A DNA stretch of 64,000 bases from an uncultured Sphingomonadaceae bacterium (GTDB lineage Bacteria; Pseudomonadota; Alphaproteobacteria; Sphingomonadales; Sphingomonadaceae). Numbering within the stretch: the first letter of the stretch is position 1; each line of letters opens with the position of its first letter. The stretch is from contig CALKUK010000015.1 of NCBI GenBank assembly GCA_937996655.1, positions 198,740 to 262,739 of the forward strand, given 5' to 3'. Under the pieces are notes generated by a model. It saw only the letters and a list, made by a program, of their open reading frames with translations. It had not been told where the DNA came from and ran no database searches. The translations under genes were made by a program, and so were the position numbers. Below are positions 57,240-64,000 of this stretch, one piece after another.

Positions 57240-58771
57240 GCGTTCAACCGGTCCCGCAATTCACGCTTGAGCACTTTGCCGATAGGACTGCGCGGCAGTT
57301 CTTCGGCAACGATCAGGCGGTTGAGACGCTGCGTCCGGCCGACCTGCGCATTGGCAGCGGCCAGCACGGCGTCGGGATCTACGCCGTCGCGCAGTACAAC
57401 AAAGCCGACGGGTGTTTCACCCCACTCCTCAGACGGTGCGCCGATGACGGCAGCCTCCACGACGCCTGGGTCCTTCAGCAACACGGCTTCCAGATCGCTC
57501 GGGTAGATGTTGAATCCGCCCGAAATGATCATGTCCTTGGCGCGGTCCATCAGCGTCAGGAAGCCCTCTTCGTCGATCCGGCCAATGTCGCCATGTTTGT
57601 AATAGAGGTTGCCCTCGGCATCCCACCATTTCATCGCGTCGGTCGCGTCCTGGCGGTTATTATAGCCCGTCATCATCGCCGGTGACCGGCCGACAATTTC
57701 CCCAACCGAACCAGCGGGCAATTCATTGCCCTCCTCGTCAATCACCTTGGCAATATGTCCGGGTGCCGGACGCCCGACCGTGTGAAGCTTGTCGGGAAAT
57801 TCATGCGCGACGAGCAGGAAGGCGCAACCGCCCTCTGTCATGCCGTAAATCTCAACCAGACCGCCCGGCCAGCGCTTCAGAATGTCCGCCTTCAGTTCAG
57901 CTGCAAAGGGCGCGCTGGTGCAATATTTCATGACGAAGCTCGACAGATCGAAGCTGTCGAAATCCGGATGCGCCATGATGCGGCGGTATTGGACCGGCAC
58001 CAGCATCGTATTGGTCGCCCGTTCCCGCTCCGCCAGTTGGAGGAAGCCCAGCGTGTCGAACTTCTTCATCAACACAACCTGACCGCCCGAACCGAGCGTC
58101 GGCAGGAAGCTGGCCATGGTGGTGTTCGAATAAAGCGGCGTCGACAGGATCGTGACCGACTTGGGGCCATAGGCCGCAACGCCGCGCTGAATATGCTGCC
58201 AGCGCATGGCGTGGCTGTGGACGATGCCCTTGGGCGTGCCGGTCGTGCCGCTGGAATAGATGATGTTGAACCCGGTCGCGGGCGTAATCTCCACCGGCTG
58301 GGGCCGGGCACCTTCCGGCGCCATCCATGCGCGCAAGGGCTCCCCCCACTTGCCGCCATCCAATGCGATACGCTTCGGCGCGCCGAAGCTCTGTCCTTCC
58401 AGTGACTCCGCCGCCTTTTCATCAAGGAACAAATGATTGGCCCCAGAATCGACGATCATCGCCGCCATCTGCTCACCCGTCGCCGTATTGGTGATGAGCC
58501 CGGCAATCGCGCCGGCGCGCAACGTGCCGATAAGGACGCACACCTGCGTGACCGAATTGAGCCCGGCAATGGCGGTTGCCTGACCGGGGCCAACGCCTTC
58601 TGCCTGCAATTGCGCCGCAATGCGGTCCGCAAAATCGTCCAGCTCCTTCCAGCTGATCCGACCATCCGGATCCGCAACTGCAGGCGCATCAGGGCGCTCG
58701 GCAGCGAAGGCTTTGACAAGGGCGGGGAGCGTCGCAAAGTCCGACGCCAACAGGGTTTCTGAGCTCTCCAT
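57236..58771 (-). CDS. Class I adenylate-forming enzyme (acyl-CoA synthetase)
   Basis: IYSSGTTGTPKG, YGMTE, HGDIG, DR.KDMIISGGFNIYP and GKVLK. Start taken at 58771. Confidence 0.92.
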   Translation of the reverse strand: MESSETLLASDFATLPALVKAFAAERPDAPAVADPDGRISWKELDDFADRIAAQLQAEGVGPGQATAIAGLNSVTQVCVLIGTLRAGAIAGLITNTATGEQMAAMIVDSGANHLFLDEKAAESLEGQSFGAPKRIALDGGKWGEPLRAWMAPEGARPQPVEITPATGFNIIYSSGTTGTPKGIVHSHAMRWQHIQRGVAAYGPKSVTILSTPLYSNTTMASFLPTLGSGGQVVLMKKFDTLGFLQLAERERATNTMLVPVQYRRIMAHPDFDSFDLSSFVMKYCTSAPFAAELKADILKRWPGGLVEIYGMTEGGCAFLLVAHEFPDKLHTVGRPAPGHIAKVIDEEGNELPAGSVGEIVGRSPAMMTGYNNRQDATDAMKWWDAEGNLYYKHGDIGRIDEEGFLTLMDRAKDMIISGGFNIYPSDLEAVLLKDPGVVEAAVIGAPSEEWGETPVGFVVLRDGVDPDAVLAAANAQVGRTQRLNRLIVAEELPRSPIGKVLKRELRDRLNA

Positions 58772-58912
58772 ATCTATGCATTGGTCGCGCACCTTTACGT
58801 GCACGTCAAGCGAAAGCGGCAACCCGGCAGATGTTGTGCCGCCCGCTTTTGGCATCGGCCACAATCCACAATATCTGCGATTGACGCCACAGCGGTTATG
58901 GTTGTGGTAGCG

Positions 58913-58920
58913 TTAACCAT
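58913..58920. promoter_or_regulatory. CtrA half-site-like TTAACCAT upstream of the second CHAP gene
   Basis: Exact TTAACCAT 45 bp upstream of the start; no second TTAA at N7 spacing. Confidence 0.3.
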
Positions 58921-58964
58921 TCAATTTCAGCGGTTTATTCACTATCCTGTGTCAAATTTCCGAC

Positions 58965-59666
58965 ATGGGGAACGGTATTTTGGAACGCAGGAAGGTCTTG
59001 CTGGGCATGGGCGCTGTCGCGCTTGGTGGCTTTGCTGCGCCTGCTGTCGCGTTGCCGATGGACGATGCCATCAACACCGATCCTTACTGGCAGTGCGTCC
59101 CCATCGCGCGGACCATGTCGGGCATCCAAATCTATGGCGACGCCCATACATGGTGGGATCAGGCCGAGGGCCGGTACCGCAAGGGGACCGAGCCGAAAAA
59201 GGGTGCCGTGCTCAACTTCATGCCGCATGGCGGGATGAAACTGGGCCATGTGGCCGCCGTCACCAAGATCATCGATGACCGCACAATCCTTGTCACCCAT
59301 AGCAACTGGTCTCCTTATGGTGGCCGCCGCGGCTATGTGGAAAAGAATGTCCGCGTCATCGACGTGTCGGAAGATAATGACTGGAGCCGCGTCCGCGTCT
59401 GGTTCTCCCCCATTGGCGATATGGGCGGCACTGAATGGCCGACCTTCGGCTTTATCTATCCCAATGGTCGCCCGCCCATGGCCCTACCCGAAACCGCGAT
59501 GGAACTGCCCAAGCAACCACCGCAGCCCCGCATGGCCGTGCGCGAAGATCCTGAAGAAGACATCCGCCCGACAGGCCGGATGGTGGACATCCGCAAGGCG
59601 CTGTTCGGACCATCGCCGACCGGCAGGCTCGCTTATCTCGACCGCACGCTGAAGCGCCTTAAATAA
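58965..59666 (+). CDS. CHAP-domain peptidoglycan hydrolase (second paralogue)
   Basis: QCVPIAR..SGI...GDA.TWW, GHVAAV and HSNW; RR-containing signal (ERRKVLL); Pro-rich C-terminal tail. Confidence 0.9.
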   Translation: MGNGILERRKVLLGMGAVALGGFAAPAVALPMDDAINTDPYWQCVPIARTMSGIQIYGDAHTWWDQAEGRYRKGTEPKKGAVLNFMPHGGMKLGHVAAVTKIIDDRTILVTHSNWSPYGGRRGYVEKNVRVIDVSEDNDWSRVRVWFSPIGDMGGTEWPTFGFIYPNGRPPMALPETAMELPKQPPQPRMAVREDPEEDIRPTGRMVDIRKALFGPSPTGRLAYLDRTLKRLK

Positions 59667-59708
59667 GCAGATTTGGCGCGCGCCTGCGGCAGTGCTAGTT
59701 CGTTTGCG

Positions 59709-60476
59709 ATGCACAGCCTTCCACTCTTCGTTCGCCTCAACGGCCGCCCCGTCATCCTGCTGGGCGACGGTGAACCTGCTGCCGCCAAGCGCCGCCTGCT
59801 GGACCGTGCCGGCGCACAAATTGTTGGTGAAGATCATGCCGCCAGCCTCGCCATCGTGGCGATAGAGGACGATGCGGACGCCGAAGCTGCGATTGCACGG
59901 CTGAAAGCGCGCGGCATTCTCGTCAACGCGGTAGATCGGCCCACCGCCTGCGATTTCACATTGCCCGCCATTATTGACCGGGATCCCGTCATCATCGCCA
60001 TTGGCACAGGCGGTGCGTCTGCGGGCCTTGCCAAGGCGCTGCGGCAACGGCTGGAACAAATGATCCCCGCAGGATTGGGGGCCATCGCAACCGCGCTGGC
60101 TGGTGCCCGCACCAAGATGCGCGCGCGCTGGCCCGAAGCCGCTGACCGCAGGCGTGCGATCGACGCCGCTTTTGATCCCGGCGGACCGCTTGATCCGCTG
60201 GCCGCAACCGAGGCGTCGGCCGTCGACGATTGGCTGGCCGGAAAGGCGCAGGCCGTTGCTACCGCCTTTCACCACATAACCCTTAGCTCCGACGCCCCGG
60301 ATGATCTTACCCTTGGCCAAGCCCGTCTGCTGGGGCAGGCCGACACCGTCCTGCACACAGTCCGCGTCGCTCCGGCCATTCTTGACCGCGCCCGGGCCGA
60401 CGCCGCACGGATCGCTTGCGAAGCGGCGCCAACCGAGGCACCAGAAGGCATGACCCTTTTCGTGGACCGGTTATGA
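59709..60476 (+). CDS. Siroheme synthase N-terminal module (precorrin-2 dehydrogenase/ferrochelatase) with truncated methyltransferase remnant
   Basis: LPLF..L.G..V...G.G..A..KRRLL, VNAVDRP..CDF..PAIIDR.PV.IAIGTGG.S..LA..LR. Start at 59709. Confidence 0.88.
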   Translation: MHSLPLFVRLNGRPVILLGDGEPAAAKRRLLDRAGAQIVGEDHAASLAIVAIEDDADAEAAIARLKARGILVNAVDRPTACDFTLPAIIDRDPVIIAIGTGGASAGLAKALRQRLEQMIPAGLGAIATALAGARTKMRARWPEAADRRRAIDAAFDPGGPLDPLAATEASAVDDWLAGKAQAVATAFHHITLSSDAPDDLTLGQARLLGQADTVLHTVRVAPAILDRARADAARIACEAAPTEAPEGMTLFVDRL

Positions 60477-61432
60477 GCAGCGCCTTTGTCTTTCGGGATG
60501 GTGCTGCCGCCGAAATGCCGTTTGGCGACGCCATCGCGCTGCCCCATGATGGCGGCCTCATCTGGCTCCAGCTGGACGGACGCGAAGATGCCGCGCGCAA
60601 CTGGATCCGCGATCAGGAGGACATTCCACACATCGCGCGGGAAGCCCTGCTGGCGCAGGAAACCCGTCCGCGTGCGACGCTCATTGGCGGGGGAGCTCTC
60701 GTCAATCTGCGTGGCCTTGGCACGACGCCAAATGATGATCCGGATGCGCTCGTCTCCACCCGATTCTGGGCGGACAAGGGCCGCGTCATCTCCGTCAGCT
60801 TTCGCACGCCCAAGGCGCTTGCCATCGTGATCGACCGCTTCCACGCCAGAGAAATTGTCGATCCCGGTGATCTTCTCTCCCGCTTTGCCGAAGCGACCAG
60901 CGATCTGCTCGACCCCGATGTTGCCGAACTGGGCGACACGATGGACGATTGTGAAGTCGTCGTGGATTCCGCGAGTATCCTTGCGACCCGTAGACGCGTG
61001 ACCGAGGTGCGCAGTCAGGCGATCTCCTATCGCCGCTTCGTCGCGCCGCAGCGGCAAGCGCTCGAACGCCTTGCCGCAGCTGACCTCGACTGGCTCGATG
61101 AAGATGACCGGATGCATCTGCGCGAAGCCGCCGACCGTGCCGCGCGCATGGCCGAAGAGCTGGAGGCGATGCGCGAGCGTGCCGCCCTCATCCACGAAGA
61201 ACTCACCGACCGCCGTGCGGAGGTCATCGACACCCGCGCGCTGCTCATTTCCATCGTCGCATTGATCTTCCTGCCGCTCACTTTTGTGACTGGCCTGCTT
61301 GGGATGAATGTGGACGGCATCCCTTATGCGCATAAGCCCTGGGCCTTTTGGGGCGTCACCGGCTTTTGCCTCTTCCTCGCCATCGGCGTCATGGCCTGGT
61401 TCGCCCGCGCCCGCTGGATCAGCGGAAAATAA
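60473..61432 (+). CDS. CorA/ZntB-family divalent cation transporter
   Basis: ETRPR, LVNLRG, IFLPLTFVTGLLGMNVDGIP (GMN motif) and two C-terminal TMs; the ..GMNV.GIP context is ZntB-like. Confidence 0.92.
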   Translation: MSSAFVFRDGAAAEMPFGDAIALPHDGGLIWLQLDGREDAARNWIRDQEDIPHIAREALLAQETRPRATLIGGGALVNLRGLGTTPNDDPDALVSTRFWADKGRVISVSFRTPKALAIVIDRFHAREIVDPGDLLSRFAEATSDLLDPDVAELGDTMDDCEVVVDSASILATRRRVTEVRSQAISYRRFVAPQRQALERLAAADLDWLDEDDRMHLREAADRAARMAEELEAMRERAALIHEELTDRRAEVIDTRALLISIVALIFLPLTFVTGLLGMNVDGIPYAHKPWAFWGVTGFCLFLAIGVMAWFARARWISGK

Positions 61433-61450
61433 TGCGTCTTGGCTTCTCCT

Positions 61451-61481
61451 CCGTCATCCTGAACTTGTTTCAGCATGACGG
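61451..61481. repeat. CGTC-tagged repeat, family 3, collapsed single hairpin
   Basis: ccgtcatcctgaacttgtttcagcatgacgg; lies between convergent genes. Confidence 0.7.
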
Positions 61482-61488
61482 AGAGAAA

Positions 61489-61779
61489 TTACTCCAGAAG
61501 CGCATCAATCGCCGTCGCCATGCGGATATCGCGCTGCGACAGGCCACCCGCGTCATGCGTGGTCAGCAGGATGTCCACGCGGTTCCACACATTTGACCAT
61601 TCGGGGTGATGATCCTGCACCTCGGCCAAGAGCGCAACGCGCGTCATAAAGGCGAAGGCTTCTGAAAAATCCTTGAAGATGAACTGACGGGTGATGCCGT
61701 CGCGGGCGTCATCGACGTCCCATTCCCCAAGCCGGTCCAGGGCGGCGGTGCGTTGTTCGGGGGAGAGTTGTTCGACCAT
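61489..61779 (-). CDS. phhB: Pterin-4-alpha-carbinolamine dehydratase
   Basis: [40 protein letters not shown]. Confidence 0.96.
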   Translation of the reverse strand: MVEQLSPEQRTAALDRLGEWDVDDARDGITRQFIFKDFSEAFAFMTRVALLAEVQDHHPEWSNVWNRVDILLTTHDAGGLSQRDIRMATAIDALLE

Positions 61780-61816
61780 GCTTTGCCTCTTTCGTTTATA
61801 TCTCTATGTCGCAGGC

Positions 61817-62212
61817 ATGACGGGGAAAGGTCAACTGGCGCCGAGCTGTTCGGACATTGAATCCTTGGCGCGCAATGCGTTGTCGCGCCTGCCGGAGTTG
61901 TTCCGCAGCCATTTGGGCCATGTCGCGCTGATCGTCGACGATTTCGCCGATGACGCAACACTGGCGGAACTGGGCATTGAAGACCCCTTTGACCTGTCAG
62001 GCCTCTATTCCGGCAGACCGGTGAGCGAAGCCGCCCAGACGGGTGACCTGCCGACGACCATCCATCTGTTCCGCAGGCCCATCCTCGATGAATGGGCGGA
62101 AAGTGGGGAGACACTGGAGCATCTGGTCGCGCATGTTCTGGTCCATGAAGTCGGCCACCATTTCGGCCTCACAGATGATCAGATGCACAAGCTGGAAAAC
62201 ATCGTCGCATGA
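61817..62212 (+). CDS. Zincin-like metallopeptidase family protein (DUF1025-like)
   Basis: L.GLY.G.P, I.LFRRPI and HVLVHEVGHHFG (HExxH). Start at 61817. Confidence 0.88.
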   Translation: MTGKGQLAPSCSDIESLARNALSRLPELFRSHLGHVALIVDDFADDATLAELGIEDPFDLSGLYSGRPVSEAAQTGDLPTTIHLFRRPILDEWAESGETLEHLVAHVLVHEVGHHFGLTDDQMHKLENIVA

Positions 62213-62793
62213 CGGCCTCCCTCACCTTTGCGAACCTCGCCTGCATGCGCGGCGGGCGGGTTCTGTTCAAGGGTTTGAACGCCACGCTCGGCGCGGGCGA
62301 TGCTTTGCTGCTGACCGGACCGAACGGCGTCGGCAAATCGAGCCTGTTGCGGCTGATCGCGGGGCTATTGCCCGCTTATACCGGCACAGTGACGCATGAC
62401 GGACGCCTTGCTCTGTCTGATGAAAACCCCGCGCTTGACCCGCGCCTACCGCTGGCCAAGGCGCTCGGCTATTGGGCGGGGCTGGATAGCACCGGCCCGG
62501 CTGCGGTGGCAGCGGCGCTCGATGCGCTGGACCTGACCCGCCTTGCCGGTGTGCCTGTACGGCTGCTCTCCACCGGGCAAAGGCGGCGCGCCAACCTCGC
62601 CCGCGTGCTCGCAAGCGGGGCCAACATCTGGTTGCTTGATGAACCCGGCAACGGGCTGGACACAGCCTCACTGGCTCTGCTGGAGCGCGCCATTGCGAGG
62701 CACCGCACGCAGGGCGGGATTGTCGTGGTCGCCTCCCACCAGTCGCTCGGCCTGACCAACGCGCAAGCGGTAGAACTGGAGCCAGCGGAATGA
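62209..62793 (+). CDS. ccmA: Heme export ABC transporter ATPase CcmA
   Basis: RGGR.LF..L, GPNGVGKSSLLR, LSTGQRRR.NLAR and WLLDEP; directly upstream of ccmB. Confidence 0.93.
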   Translation: MTASLTFANLACMRGGRVLFKGLNATLGAGDALLLTGPNGVGKSSLLRLIAGLLPAYTGTVTHDGRLALSDENPALDPRLPLAKALGYWAGLDSTGPAAVAAALDALDLTRLAGVPVRLLSTGQRRRANLARVLASGANIWLLDEPGNGLDTASLALLERAIARHRTQGGIVVVASHQSLGLTNAQAVELEPAE

Positions 62794-63437
62794 AGGCGTT
62801 CCTCGCCATCTTAGTCCGGGATCTGCGCCTATCACTCGGATCAGGCGGCATCGGTCTGCCGGTCGTGTTCTTCCTGCTGGTCGCCACGCTCTATCCATTC
62901 GCGGTCGGGCCGGATGGCGCTTTGCTCTCCAAAACCGGCGGCGGCGTGCTGTGGGTCGCAGCCCTCCTTGCCGCGCTTCTCCCCGTCGACCGGCTGATCG
63001 CGCCCGATGCGGAAGCCGGTGTGCTCGATCAATATGCGGTCCGTGGTCTGGGCGAGGAGATGATCGCTGCCGCCAAAATCACCGCGCACTGGATCGGCTT
63101 TGGTCCGCCATTGATGCTGGCCGCCATTCCGGCCTCCGCCATGTTGCGGCTCGATGGAGAAACGCTGGCGGCAGTCGAATTGGGCCTGCTGGCGGGTACT
63201 CCTGGGCTGGCAGCGCTTGGCGTAATGGTGGCGAGCCTGACTGCCGGACTCCGGCGCGGCGGGGCACTCGCCGGATTGTTGATGTTACCGCTGGCCATCC
63301 CGCTGATCATCTTCGGCGCGGGGAGCATCGGGGATTTTGGCGGCGGGGCTGTGCGGTTTTTGGCGGCGGCGTCACTGTTTCTGGCGGCGGTCGCGCCCTT
63401 TGCGGCGGGGGCTGGGATCAGGGCGCTGCGGGAGTAG
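62790..63437 (+). CDS. ccmB: Heme exporter protein CcmB
   Basis: RDLRL, FFLLV..L.PF.VGP, G..WVAALLA.LL..DRL...D.E.G.L and LL.LPL.IP.IIFG. Confidence 0.95.
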   Translation: MKAFLAILVRDLRLSLGSGGIGLPVVFFLLVATLYPFAVGPDGALLSKTGGGVLWVAALLAALLPVDRLIAPDAEAGVLDQYAVRGLGEEMIAAAKITAHWIGFGPPLMLAAIPASAMLRLDGETLAAVELGLLAGTPGLAALGVMVASLTAGLRRGGALAGLLMLPLAIPLIIFGAGSIGDFGGGAVRFLAAASLFLAAVAPFAAGAGIRALRE

Positions 63438-63466
63438 TCCATTTCTCCAAACGCGCGCAGCCATCT

Positions 63467-63554
63467 CCGTTTGGGCTGAGCCTGTCGAAGCCCCGTCCTT
63501 TACCTTTGACGCAGAGATGAAGGACAACCCTTCGGCAAGCTCAGAGCAAACGGG
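63467..63554. repeat. Palindromic intergenic repeat, family 2, copy B
   Basis: ccgtttggg-CTGAGCCTGTCGAAG...cCCTTCGGCAAGCTCAG-agcaaacgg; its reverse complement shares ctgagcttgccgaagggttg with the copy at 25448. Confidence 0.85.
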
Positions 63555-63563
63555 GGATAAACC

Positions 63564-64000
63564 CTAACGCGACCAGCGCGCGAAGATGGCGGTCGGCAGC
63601 ACGAGGCCCCTTGCCTCTTCCCGCACGCCGAGCTCGCCACATTCCACCGTGCCGCCCAGATCCGCAAAGTGCTGGCGCACCAACTCCCCAATGGCCAGCG
63701 CGGACATACGAACGGCGTAGACTGTCAGGAACAGGAAGCGCGAGTCCGCGTCGAGCAGCTTGCGGCAATCGGCGATGAGTTCGGGCAAGCCTTCTTCAAG
63801 CTTCCAGACTTCACCATCCGGGCCGCGGCCATATTTGGGCGGGTCGAGGATGATGCCGTCATAGCGCTTGCCGCGCCGCACTTCGCGGGCGGTGAACTTC
63901 ATCGCATCGTCGATGATCCAGCGGACGGGCTTATCCGTCATGTTCGACAAAGCGGCATTGGCGCGTGCGGCCTCGACCGATTTCTTTGAGGCATCAACGT
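63564..64000 (-). CDS. Class I SAM-dependent methyltransferase, RlmI/RlmK-like (5' end off the right edge)
   Basis: The frame is open to the window edge (VDASKKSVEAARANAAL...); YDGIILDPPKYGRG motif. Confidence 0.85.
   Translation of the reverse strand, partial: VDASKKSVEAARANAALSNMTDKPVRWIIDDAMKFTAREVRRGKRYDGIILDPPKYGRGPDGEVWKLEEGLPELIADCRKLLDADSRFLFLTVYAVRMSALAIGELVRQHFADLGGTVECGELGVREEARGLVLPTAIFARWSR

Overview
GC-rich alphaproteobacterial chromosome segment, most consistent with Sphingomonadales from the aroA-cmk-rpsA-ihfB order, the PEPxxWA-CTERM protein and CGTC-type intergenic repeats. It is mostly core genome: about 60 CDSs including dnaE, clpP/clpX, typA, bkdA1/A2/B, ispE, ETF-QO and ccmAB, plus three tRNAs (Ala-GGC, Leu-TAA, Gly-GCC). 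I found no integrase, transposase, prophage, CRISPR array or defence island, and no large, clearly novel multi-gene system is supported. The best leads are small. (1) An MlaA/VacJ homologue has no lipobox cysteine but carries a TonB-box-like EDIVVTAQ motif behind a Pro/Ala/Thr-rich linker. (2) A CopC has lost both Cu(II) histidine ligands but kept the Met-rich Cu(I) site, and lies divergent from copA across two palindromes. (3) An AIM-1-like subclass B3 metallo-beta-lactamase sits beside tRNA-Gly. (4) A TauD / N-acyl-D-amino-acid deacylase / LuxR / extradiol dioxygenase cluster has no known substrate. (5) A GT2 gene is paired with a GT-C-like membrane protein. (6) Three families of palindromic intergenic repeats each have two copies, one with co-varying arms. 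All product calls come from motifs and recalled family features, not database searches. Several start codons were re-chosen by eye relative to the ORF track.
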